Both the position numbers and the translations under genes were made by a program. Shown piece after piece: positions 10,946 through 22,736 of a DNA stretch of 64,000 bases. Below the pieces are notes generated by a model. That model made no database searches. It worked only from the letters and a program-made list of their open reading frames with translations, and was not told the origin of the DNA. This stretch comes from Vitrella brassicaformis CCMP3155 (taxonomy: Eukaryota; Protista; Chromerida): the NCBI GenBank assembly GCA_001179505.1, contig CDMY01000781.1, positions 203,451-267,450 of the forward strand, read 5' to 3'. Numbering within the stretch: position 1 is the stretch's first letter; each line of letters opens with the position of its first letter.

Positions 10946-13604
10946 ATGTTGGCATCTTTCAGCCCAGTGGACGTGCTCATCGAGTACGGCCATGCGGTGG
11001 TCAATCTCATCGCCTTCGTCGCCTTCTGGCGGCAGGCGATGCCTCTCATCTCGAAACATGGTACGACACGCACATCCTCCCAGATCAGCCACACAACATG
11101 CGCCACGATGGTTGCCATGCATGGACTTGCAGGTCTGCTTCCCGTGACACGCACACTGCGGGATATGAGCCGTTCGTCCACTGGCAGGCGCTTCTCGGCA
11201 TCGGCGTCGTCTTCTGAGGTTCAACCCGAGAGGCGCCGTGTGAGGTGGAAGCAGGTGCGGCAGTACCCGACGCTGTGCTGGTGGTTCTACAAAGACCACC
11301 ACATACACTTGATGTGCGCGGTGAGAGCCAACCACACAAACAAACATGCAGCCACAAGACGGCGGTGTCTGTGTTTGTGTCTGTGTCTGTCTGCAGGCGG
11401 GCTGCATCGGTGGTGTGCTATTGCTGCTTCTCCCCTGCCCTCATCGGCTCTACGGCACAACCGATATCTCCCTCTTTGCTGCTGCCGTCGGAGTGGCGTG
11501 GGTGCGAGCGGGGATCTGGCTGCTGATGGGCGTCGTCTACCTCTCGCTGCAGAACGTGTCTGGCCCCTTCCTGGCCCTCCAGATGGACGCCAACCTTATC
11601 GAGATGAACTGCCTCATCGCACTGCACTCCATGCTGCTGGCGACCCACGTGCTGTCCTGCACCCTCCTGCCGATTCAATCACTGTTGGGCGGGTGGCCTC
11701 TGATGGGTCGGATTCTGACGTTTGTGGTGGATTTCCGGCTGAGCCATCACATGCGCTGGCTGATCTTCCGGGTGATGCTGGCGTGCGGCATGTGCAAGTG
11801 GTACGGCTCGCCCATGTGGAAGTCACTCACCGCCATGACAGGTGGGTGTGTCGACTATGAATGAGTGTGACGCATGAGGGTCTGTGTGTGTACTGTGTGT
11901 TGCCTTCCTGCGTGTGTCAGCGCATTACGAGACGCAGCCACTGCCGAACTGTGTGTCTTGGTACGTCCACATGGCCCCCGAGTGGTGGCACAAAGTTGAA
12001 ACAGCCATGTCACTCGTCATCGAGAGTGAGCCAGGGAGGGACAGGGCAAGGCGAGCACACACCCACTCTCTCTCTCTCTCTCTGCTGTGTGTGGGGCTGG
12101 ACATGGTCTCAGTCATGATTCCTTTCCTGGTGTATGCCCCCTGGTACTTATCGCGACTGGTGGCCTTTGTCGGCTTCGTGCAGCTGACCGTCATGATCAA
12201 CACCACCGGCAACTACGGCCACCTGGGCATCATGACTATTGTCCAGTGCCTCCCGATCCTCTATGCTGACGAGTGGCCGCTGAGCCTCCTCACAGCCAGG
12301 GTGCAGCTACCGAGCAGCAGGCCGTCTGGTCCGCTGGCAGTGCCGGCATGGGTGGCTGTGGTATTTGGCGTGTTGTGTGCGGTGGTGTGGGTGTGTCTGC
12401 TGGCGGTGGTGTATGTGCTGTGGGCGGTATCGACTGTGCCTCTGCTGCAGTCCTTCAAAGGTCACGAGGGCAAGAAGAGAGTGGTGGGAGGGGTGAGCAT
12501 CTTCGGATGCGTGTGTGTGTGTGTGTGTGTGCTGTGCGTTGTAGGTCGTGTCCGTATGCCCCCCAGTCGGCTGGTGGACTTGTACAGCTACCTCCGGCGA
12601 TACAAGGTCTGCAACTACTACGCCAAGTTTGGCAGGTGGGCCATACACGCAACACAACTCACCGAGAGAAAAGAGAAGAGCCGATCAATGTGATGTGTCG
12701 TGGCATTCAGCATGAATGCGGAGCGTCTAGAGCTGATTGTGCAGGGGCAGAGGGAGGGCTGCAGGGAGTGGCTGCCGTACGAGTTCAAATTCAAGCCATG
12801 CAACCCTTTCACAGCACCACGTTTCGCATTCTTCTACATACACAGTGAGCTCAGCACACACATACCCCTTCACACACACAGCCGTGTGGCATGTGTGTGT
12901 GTGTGTGTGTGTGGATCGGTATCAGGATTCGATTGGCGTCTGTGGTTTCTGCCGCTGGAGTGGCAGCGGGCGAGAAGCCGCCGGACACAGTGCGATGTGC
13001 CAGACTGGTTGGTATAGGTCGGGACCCTCGCGGACCCGCCCGCTACCCACACCTGCCTGTCTGCCTGTCTGTGTTTGATGTGATGTTCAGGTACGAGGCC
13101 TTCATCCATGGTCTCACTCTCAACGACCCCACCACGCTCTCCCTCATCCACAACAACCCCTTCCCTGACGAGGCTCCGGCCAAGATCCGCACGCTCGTCG
13201 TCAAATTCTCATTCACACCCCCTCTAACAGCAGCAGCAGCAGCAGCGGACAGAGACACAGAGACGGACACTCAAGAGAGGCCCACATCGCCACCCACTCT
13301 CTCCCAGCAAAGCACTGGCGAAGATGACTCCATGGGAGTGAGGCGTCGTGCTGCTGCTGGTGCCGCTGTTGCTGCTGTTAGTGATGGCACTCGGGGGTTC
13401 AGCCAGGAGGAGCAGGTTGGTGAGGGTAGGGGAGGGAAGAGCGTGTGGCGGTTTCTCCGCTGTTGTGCGAGAGGAAGGCGTGTGAGGTGGTGGGTGACGC
13501 GGCCAGTGGGTGTGTACCACTACTATGACCGTGGTAGGCCCGACCACAGCAACAGCAGCAGCAACGAGTCGTCCGAGGGCAGCAGCGACTCATGGCTGCT
13601 GTAG
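10946..13604 (+). CDS. Lipase maturation factor (LMF1/LMF2 family) polytopic membrane protein
   Basis: Motifs FWRQAMPLISKHGLLPV, YLSLQNVSGPFLALQMD, RWLIFRVMLACGMCKW, HYETQPLPN..SWYVH, INTTGNYG, NYYAKFG, WLPYEFKFKP and DWRLWFLPL match LMF family motifs. The start could extend to 10817. Confidence 0.9.
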
Positions 13605-14686
13605 GGATCGATTGCATTTTGTCAGTATTTCTGGTTGGCTGATTCGGTGGTCGGATCTTTGTGGGATGGGAGGGTGAGGGGCGAGATATTTGTTGTCGTT
13701 GCATCGCTGCAGGCCTCCCTGTCTTAGTTTGATATGAATGCGTGCAGCGAGGCTATATTATATGGGGACGAACGAGCGGTAGTGCCGGTCATGTAAACGA
13801 ACGAATTCGAATGCCCTTGCCTCACACGACGATTGATTGAACCCCACCATCGCACCGCACGCCCCATAGTCACATCACATGCAGCCATAGCACAGGCAGA
13901 CGTGCCATGTATGTATGTTTGTTCGTGTGTATGCTACAATCAATCAACACAGCCGGAATGGACTGGACTTGCCCCCCGAACGACTCTCTCGCTCACCCAC
14001 TGCATCGCAGCAGCCACACAGACAGTCAGACAATCAGACAGACAGACAGACAGGTAGCCACAGAAGAAGTCGGTCGGTGTGAGGCAAGCAAGGAAGGAAG
14101 ACGGAACCATCGACAAAACACATACACACAGGATCGTATGGACACACACGGGAGAGCTGATGCGTCTCCGTAGGAAACGGGTCCGACTTCGCGTTGGACG
14201 GACACGAAATCCCATCCGTCGGCTACGGGCACATCAGCTCTCGCGTGTGTGGTCGGCCTAAGATCCTTCCGAATGGCACACGCGTGCACACGGTCAGCCA
14301 AGGGCAGCCAGGCAGGCATGCTGGTTCTGTAGCAGCAGCTGTTCCTGCTACCGGTGCCCCGCCCCACATAACTCCCCTCACCAACGGCCAAAACTGTCCC
14401 CAATCAAGTCAGCGCAAAATTAATGCCCTTTGTCTACGATTCACCGAGAACAGCACAGCCCAAGCAGAGAAGGAGGAAAGGCAAGACGACCAGACACATG
14501 GAGAGAGAGACTGCTCTGGCTTGGCTTGCTCATCATTGTGTTCCTCTCCCCTCCCCTCCCCCCTCTCTGCTTAAACCGTGCTGATGAATGGAGCATGACA
14601 GAGTATCGACACAGACAGACAGACAGACAGGCAGACAGACAGCTAGACGTGCAGGTAGGCATGTCTATGCAAATGTGGCATGTCGC

Positions 14687-16810
14687 TCACGCCGTGATGC
14701 ACCGACGTACTAATTCCTCGACCACAAAGGCTGCTGACAGCCCTATCGTCCCCACACACACGGACTCGCTCACAAAACCCCCGCTCTCTCCCTCGGCCGA
14801 CGCGGCGCGTCGTCGGATGTCACTGTATGCCACAAGCCCAGGCACAAGACCAAACTGCACACACACACACAAACAACAGACAGACAGACAGACAGACAAC
14901 ACACAGCATATGTCATCCCGTTGTGTGTCCACTTCACTCACGACACTCTCGTACCAGTATTGGGTCGCAGAAAGCCCCAGCGAGGTCCAGTGCCCGACCA
15001 AACACGTCCTCTTCGCCACAGGCCAAAACCGCCAGGAGAGGTGGCACCAGGCTCCACCCATACAGCTGCGAGCGAGACGGCTCGGTAGCTGAGCCGCCGC
15101 TGCCGTTGCGGCGGACGAGGCGCCACACGGCTGCGGGCAGTAGAGCGAGCCGGGAGCTGCTTGAGGGAGGGAGAGGCAGCAGCCGGGAGAACTCGCTGCT
15201 GTCGTGTTGTGGCCGGTGCTTGGAGGATAAGCTGTCGAGTGACGCCATTTGTCGGATGGTGTCGACTTGCGAGAGTACGCAGCCGAGGAAGGACGTGAGG
15301 ATGGCAGCGAGCGAGAAACTGAGCACCAGAGGGCCGCCGCCAGGGACACCACCTGCATTGCAACCAACCACACAACACACGGAGAGAGAGGGATAGAGAG
15401 ACGCGAGTATGGACCTATGCTGCCGGTGCCACCCACCCTCCCTCCCTCCCTCTCACGTACTTACCCATAAAGGCGACTAGGACCTCCGTCACTGTCGCCG
15501 CCGCGGGTGACGCGTCGTCGGCCAGCCCCTCACCGTACAGCGACAGCCCCTCCTTGAGATTCCTCGCCAGTGGTGAGGATAAGAACACCGTCTCCCACAT
15601 CAGATACATCAGCAGAGGGATGCCAGAGCCGATGATGAGGGACCACCGCAGCTTGGAGGACATTTCCTCGTCTGCCGCGCCTTGTGGCTGGGTGTGGGGA
15701 GCGTCCGTGGGTGTGAGGGCCGCCGATTGGCGCGCTTTTTGTTTGAAGCGCCACACGAGCGCGGGAACAACTGGTTGGAACGTCATGGCGACCTGAACAA
15801 AACCACACAATGACAAAGGCAGGTAGTGTGGTGGCTGGGTAACTTGCCTGCAGGACGGGCAGAGCACGCGGCACAGCAGTGATGTCCCCGAAAAGCACCG
15901 GGTCATCCAGCCGCGTCGCCCCGATCAGGAGAATGGCAGCGAACGCCACCAACGCCCCAACCAGCACGGTGCTATTGACCTTGTCAAGCAGAGCGTCGCT
16001 CTTGAAGGCAGCGCCGCCAACGAGCACGGCAAACAGCACCTCTCCCATTGTCTTGGGCACACCAGCCAGTGCAGCCACCGTGCCGCCCGCCTCGCCGATG
16101 TAAGCCACCAAACACAAGAAGTTGAGCACCTGCGAAGAGGGCGCACGCAGGAGACACACAGACAGACAGACAGACAGACAGAGAAAGAAAGAAAAAAGAA
16201 AGAAATAAAGAAATAAAGAAATAAAGAGAGAGCATCGATACATCCGCAGGTGAGCACAGTTGAGCACCAGATATAGGGCCGTGTAGAGGGAGGCTGCTGA
16301 CCCGCCGAAGCGGCGCTGAACAGCGGCGAGAAGGCCGATGGCTTCCTCGTTCGCAGGGGACGATTGGCTGCTGTTGAGGCCCTTCATGGATGTGTCGGCT
16401 ATCAGCAACGCACCCGTGATGGCGTAGAGCCAGAGGCCAATCAGCAGCGCAGCACTAGGCATCAGACCGGTTTCGAGAGTGTTCAGAGGCAGGGCCAGTA
16501 TGCCCGCTCCCACCATACTCCCTCCTGTCACTCCGGCTGCAGACAGAACGTCGCTATCAAGACGTGGGAGTCTGACGCCTTCGGCGCCGGACACACGGGG
16601 TGGACGGGGTGGACTTGAAGCGACACTCTCGTCGTGTTCCAACGGGCTCGGGGGTTGCCTGACAACCCTCAGTGGCGGCGCCGATCTCCGTACAGCAGGC
16701 AGTTGTGTGTGTCGAGAGGGCTGCAGGAAGGACGGTCTGCTGGCGGCTGTGCCATCTGCAAGAAGGGGGATGAGAGTCGCTGCGAGGACGCCTCGTCTCT
16801 TCAGCCACAT
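14687..16810 (-). CDS. Aromatic amino-acid permease (TyrP/Mtr, HAAAP family) with bipartite plastid-targeting leader
   Basis: GSMVGAGILALP TM1 motif, FQPVVP motif, IIGSGIPLLMYLMW and AILTSFLG. The N-terminus is a hydrophobic signal (GVLAATLIPLLADGTAA) followed by an S/R/P-rich transit-like stretch (SRPSFLQPSRH). The 3' end is slightly uncertain. Confidence 0.85.
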
Positions 16811-17027
16811 CTCTTCAGCAGCTGTGACGAGATACCGGCACGGTGGCGCCTGGGATGCAGATGCAGCGTAGTTGCGGTCCTTCAGCCTGCCTGCCTGCCT
16901 GCCTCCCTGCCTGTCAGATCTTTGGAAACAGCTTCTCTCTACACTTCAAGCTCGCACTCCAAGCGGGAGGGATCTCCGGAAAGTCCCATCGGACGGAGCT
17001 TCCCAACTTACAGCAGCAGCCGCTACG

Positions 17028-17648
17028 ATGATACAAGCGACGAAAGCCAACGTGCTGACAGGTTTTCACCTGACCAGCCTCTCCGTGCGCCAGATGGAGC
17101 TCGACTACTTCGTCTCGGTCTTCCAGGCGCTCACCGGCATCTCTTCTCTGCTGGCGGGCTTTGCATCGGCCGGCATTCTGCTGGGTGTCCCTGCGCAAAA
17201 CAACCCGTTCCTCAAACTGGGCTTCGTCACCTCGACGGGCGCCGCGCTTGGCTTCAATCTGCTGGTGGTGCTGATCGGCAGCTTGGTGGTCATGTGGGGA
17301 CCTGGGCGGGCGTTGCGGGGCGAGGGCGTGGAGTCCGTCTCGTTTGCTGTCGAGTTCATGGAGGTGACCTCCGAGACGTGCCTCATCTATTTCGTGCTGG
17401 GCCTGGGATGCTACTTCGCGTCGAGCGTGTTTGCGGCGTGGATCTTGTTCAAGGTGCAGAGCTCCATTTTCATCTCGGTCTTCTTCCTGGTGGCGGCGTT
17501 CGTGCTCATCCAGCAGGTGGGTCAGCTGTACCTGGAGCTCAAGCCGCCCATCGTGATATCTGGGAGAATTCGTGGCAATCCTCTACGCGTCCCAGTTGAC
17601 AGCACCAGCAGTGGTGGCACATACGCCACCGGCAGCGAACAGCGGTGA
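17028..17648 (+). CDS. Intronless four-TM protein resembling the Orai/CRAC channel fold
   Basis: MIQATKANV...ISSLLAGFA (cf. Orai TSALLSGFA). Four hydrophobic helices, a WGPGRALRG loop, and TM3 ending AAWILF (cf. Orai LCWVKF). Confidence 0.6.
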   Translation: MIQATKANVLTGFHLTSLSVRQMELDYFVSVFQALTGISSLLAGFASAGILLGVPAQNNPFLKLGFVTSTGAALGFNLLVVLIGSLVVMWGPGRALRGEGVESVSFAVEFMEVTSETCLIYFVLGLGCYFASSVFAAWILFKVQSSIFISVFFLVAAFVLIQQVGQLYLELKPPIVISGRIRGNPLRVPVDSTSSGGTYATGSEQR

Positions 17649-18096
17649 CTGATGGCCTGGGTGACGCCTTTCTGCGGCAAAGAGAGCCTAGATCTGACTG
17701 ACTGACGGCGGCACGGCTGGCTGGAGCAGACAAGGCATAGATAGGCTTTTTGCGTGCGTTATTGATGGCTCGACTGACTGACTGGCTGCGAGTGTTGCAT
17801 GTCCCTGTTGTCTGCATGATCCTTTTCATTCGTGCGCACGACCATCGACGGGCACATAGGCGCGCGCGCGCCGGGTGCGGTCGATCGCACCGGCGTCACG
17901 TGGTTTTGGTGCTCGTCGCTGATCGTGTGGCCGGATGAAGACAGACAGCTAGAGGGACTCGATCACGGCGACGGGACAGTGACGATCGATGACTGTGTGT
18001 GCAACATCGATATGTATGTGTACTGTGAGACACAGAAAGAGTGAAGCAATCGGTACGTATGTGTGTGAGTGAGTGAGTGAGTGAGAGAGTGAATCG

Positions 18097-19225
18097 ATGC
18101 TGCTGTCCGATAGAAAGGGGAAGCGGAAGCGCTACATACCGCGGCCGGCCAAGGGTGCCAGGGTTGGTGAGGTGGTCGGCGGCATCTTTGCGCAAATCAA
18201 GGCTGCCAGGAGGGAGGAGCCGTCAAAGGCCAACAGCATCCATGATAGACAGCAAGGAGACCACGGCAAGCACACACCCACACACACGAGAAAGACAACA
18301 CACGCACGACTGTCTGCTTTGTGTGTAAATAGGAGTGAGTCATCCCGTCGAGACACCGCCACAAGGACAGCAGCGGCCACAGACACGCAGCCCATCGCAC
18401 CCACACGCCGATGCCGACGATAGGCCGCAAAGTGAGGGAGTGACGGCACGCAACAACACATGAGACACACACATGACACACATGCATCCCGGCCATCATT
18501 TGCAGCGTCCGATGGTTACTTTGCAGCGTTGCGCCGCGAGCTGTACCAGCTGTGCGAGCGGCCGATGATGGACAAGGCCTTCTACACCAAACGGTCAGCC
18601 AGCCAGCCAGCCTCAGAGCCCTGGAATGTGTGTCTCTCTGTGTGTGTCCCACAACAGCTTGTCTCGCAGCATGTTTGCCCCACAACAACCCAACAAGGCC
18701 ACTGCACAGCCGCCGGTGTCATCGGCGCGTGAGGCCGACCGCCCGCTTGCAGCGTCTGCACCTGACCAGTGGAACGATGAGCGTGGCTATCCCATGTCAC
18801 CACTCATGCACATGCGCTCGTCTGCTGACGCCCTCAACGGGGACGACCGCCGCCCACGGCCGCACCAACACACAGGGTACACACATGCACACAGACAGAT
18901 AGGGACGGAGGTAGTGAGGGAGAGAGGCACACACACACAAAGAGACACACCACGTTCGTCTGCTTCTGTATTGGTTGGCGTGTCAGGTCTGTCGACTTTC
19001 GGCAGCTCGCCAGTTCGTCATCAGACTCGTTCCGCCTCAACCAACACAACAGTGCCAACCCAAACATGACGATGCAGGTCGGTCAGTCAGTCAGTCAGCC
19101 CACCAGCATCAACATCTCTCTCTCCCTCTCAGGGCGAGTGGAGTTTGTCACTGCCACGCCATGATGCCTTGCGTCGACTCGACACCCAGTCCGGCCCATT
19201 CTTCCTCAAGCCACGACAATTCTGA
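18097..19225 (+). CDS. Hypothetical low-complexity protein, 6 exons, first intron probably GC-AG
   Basis: Exons chain in frame from MLLSDRKGKRKRYIPRP through SDGYFAALRRELYQLCERPMMDKAFYTKR to GPFFLKPRQF*. Donor GCAAGC at 18266, acceptor AATAG ending at 18332. Confidence 0.5.
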
Positions 19226-19561
19226 TACATGAACGGCTGTCTGTGTGTCTGTGAGACGGACCGACATTGGATGACTGAAATGCACGGATGACTGATGTGC
19301 ACGGATTGCTGGATGGATGGATGGATGGACGTGTCTGTGTGTTGAAGACATCTCTCGTCAGTGATAAGAGCCAAGCCGAGACGACAAACCTTGTAGGAAA
19401 TCAAGGCAAACAAAGACTTGGTACTCATATACACCGCCACGCGTCAGCCAGCCAGACAGGCATGCACGCAGCATGGATACATACGCATGCCAGCCAAGTC
19501 GTCACTCTGGACGAAAGATCGACTGATCCGGAAATGAAACGGACACGTATCCAAGCAGAAG

Positions 19562-21500
19562 CTATCTACATACAAGAATCTCCCTCTCTGCCTGCTCGAC
19601 CATCGTCTCCCGCCAGTCAATCGCATCTGCCTTGGCCTTCTCACTGTCACCCCCATATGCAGACACAGAAAAGTAGTGGCACTGCGGCTTGGCAGCCGCA
19701 TCATACCAGCTGGCCGCCCATGCCTTCCTCTTCTTGTTCCAGCTCACACCGATGTGGCCGCTCTGGATCTCGGCCGGCTGTCGGACGCTCGCCGCCCCGC
19801 TCGCCTCCTTCTCCTTGCGAAACGCCACGGCCTTCTCGTAGGCCTCCTCGATGCTGCCGTTGGTGCTGATAGCGAAGCTCTTCTTACGCTGCTTTCTGCC
19901 CACGCCCCAGGCCGCCATCCACCTGTTGTGGCGCTCGTCGAAGTGGACGCCTTTAACCTTCTTGCCACGCAGCTGGTCGATAAGCTTCTTGTCCTGGCGG
20001 TTGAGCGTGATGGCGGCCTAAATGAACGAGACGGAGATACACACAAAAGACCGTGATCGAAAAGGGCCACACATTCCATTCTTGGATTCGTGTACCTTTC
20101 GCTGAGTCGGCCATTTCTCTTCCATGTCCTTGCGCCGCCGAATGGCCTCCCGCTTCGCGCCGTTCTCGCCCAACATGGCGACCGAGAAGTGCTCCTTCTT
20201 TCTCTTGCCATTTTCGTACCACGACGCGACCCAATAGCTATGCGTGACGTCTTTCGTGATGACATTGCGATACACTTTGCGATGCAGTCCCGCGGTGCTG
20301 CTGTTGTTGGGGCTCTTGGTGGGGTGACTGGCCTTGTCGTTGTTCTTGTCATTCTGTCGCTTGCTGGCCGCCTTGGGCCGCCTGCACAAACGAAACAGAC
20401 ACGCGTCCTCTATACACAAGGATCGCCCAGCCTGACTCACAGTGAGTGAGCATCCCTTCTTACTTGTCCCGTTGGCGTGGCGACATCTGCCTGTCCTGCT
20501 TCTCTCTTTTGGTCTCCTCAACCATCCTCTCCCGCCAGCGAATCGCAGCTGCCATTGCCTCTCTGTCACCCCCATGCGTGGACAGAGAGAAGTGGCAGTG
20601 CTTTTGCTCGCCAGACGCGTCAGTCCAGCGGGCCACCCATCTCTTGCCCGCCTTGTCCCAGATCACACCCCTGTGGCCGCTCTGCCTCTCGGCTGGCTGC
20701 TGGAGGCTCGCCGCACCGCTCGCCTCAGCCTCCCTGCGGCACGCGACGGCCTTGTCGTAGGCCTCCTCGATGCCGCCGTGCTTGTTGATGGCGAAGTACT
20801 TGCCATGCTGTGTCCCGCCCTTGGACCAGTACGCGACCCACCTGTTACAATGGCGCTCGTCAAAGCGGACGCCCTTGACATCCTTCTCGAGCAGCTGGGC
20901 GATGAGCTTGCGACTATCGTCATCGATAATGATAGCAGTCTGAACAAGGGTGAGAAGAAATCACATCGATGCCATTTATGCACAAAGACGCACCTTTCTC
21001 TGATTCGGCCATTTCTCCTCCATGTCTTCCCGCCGCTTGATGGCCGCCCGTTTCGCGCCCTCCTCGCCCAACCTGGCCGCCGGGAAGCTCTCCGTTTTCT
21101 GCTTGCCGTTCTCGTACCAGGACGCAACCCAACGGCCTCTCGTGCTGTCGCGACGCACGCCGGTGATCTCGCTCTTCTCGTAGCTCCTGGTTGGGAGGGC
21201 GGCCTTCTCGTTGTTCTCGTCGCTCTGTCGCCTGTTGGCCGTCTCGGCCCGTTCGCGAAGGTCGCCAGTCCCTGACACACAAACAGCAAACACAGCCGGG
21301 TGACGTGCGGCGGCGCTCTGAATGTATGCAGGTGTTATGTGTACCAGATGGGGCGGGCACCCGCACTGCCGTCGGCTCTTTGGACGCCGAGCCCTTGCCG
21401 AGGCCGTCACCACGTCCACGACGCGACACCACATTGTCGGCATCATCGTCCTCACTATCGTCTGCAACAGGGGATCGCACCAGATATGTGCTTGGCCCCA

Positions 21501-21534
<34 letters not shown>

Positions 21535-22428
21535 TGTGTGCGTCGCTGACCGTCGGGCGGCTCGTAGTCCTCGGCCTCGCCACCGTCGCTGCTGCTGCCG
21601 TCGCTCGGGTCACTCTCGTCGTCCGGGGGCTCACTACCAGTGCCCACACGACCACCAGCACGATCTGCACCACCCAGGCAACACTCATGCGTGCCAAGCT
21701 GGGGTGTGCCCACGTGTCTGTGTGTGTGTGTGTGTGTGTGCGTAGGCATACATACCGTTGAGCGCCAACCACCTGTTTTTGTTGCCCTCGGTGGAGGTCA
21801 CGCCCTTCACCTTATTGGTGAGCAGCTGGCTGATGAGCTGCCGACCCTCCAGGCCGGCTTGGTCAGGAATTGAGGGAGGCTGAAGAGGGACAGACACAGA
21901 CGGAAGCCATAATGAGGGAAGGAGATCCACATGCACATCCCATTCACAGACATGCGCGTACCTTTCGCCGACGCAACCAGATCTTCTCCCTTCTGACGAT
22001 GAGGGCATTCTGCAGGCAGCAAAATGCCAGCAGCACGTCTGATCTGGCGTCGATGGGCAGCATGAGGAAGCAACAGGCACATCCCAAGACAAGCAATTCG
22101 CCCCTCTCCACCATTTCCCTTCCGCCGCTCGACGGCTGCCTGCCTTGGCCACCGCAAGTACAGCTCCCTTTTCTTGCCGCACACGAGAGGGGCTTTCCAA
22201 AGGGAATCAGCAACCGCTGTAAAATGCCTGGTGACTGGAAAGGACCATGAATTGAAGGGTGTCATTTGGTCTGGTGCCACACACTCGTGCAAAATGCATA
22301 CATGCACGCAGTCAAAACACCTGTACTAGCAAAAACATGTCAAGGTGTTCTTCGGTCAGGTCTCTGGCCCCATACACATACCGAGCAATGAGCTGGTCAG
22401 GATGCAGGTCACGAAAGCGGCGTTCGCA
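19562..22428 (-). CDS. ApiAP2-type transcription factor with six complete AP2 domains plus a partial/degenerate one; 5' end unresolved
   Basis: Repeated GV.(F/W)D...RWVA.W......K...F....G...A...AI..R domains in exons at about 20990-21270, 20460-20939, 20090-20385 and 19562-20018. Acidic exons lie upstream (21380-21660), and a partial domain KVKGVTSTEGNKNRWLALN at 21760-21880. Confidence 0.88.
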
Positions 22429-22736
22429 CTGAATAGATACGAAAGCGCACTTGTCACCAGCACCCACGCAGCTCACACTCGTGTGTGAAGGCAGCCGGAG
22501 GTAGGGAGGTAGCAGACTGACTGAGAGGGACAAGGGTTGCGACACTTATTCACACACAGGATAGACAACGAGGTAGCAGAGAGAGAGAGAGAGAGTACGA
22601 GCAGCAGCGATCTTACACACACAACAATCGTCGTCGAGCAGGCACACGATGCAGAGCGAAAACTTCACCGCTACGCCCACCTCACCACACGCCCACAGCA
22701 GCCGTGCCATACATGGAGCTAGGCTTAAACAGTCGG

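Noticed and set aside
14194-14574. Plus-strand ORF between the LMF and TyrP genes
   Set aside because: No ATG start (GTG/TTG type), no consistent exon chain and no recognisable motif; possibly UTR.
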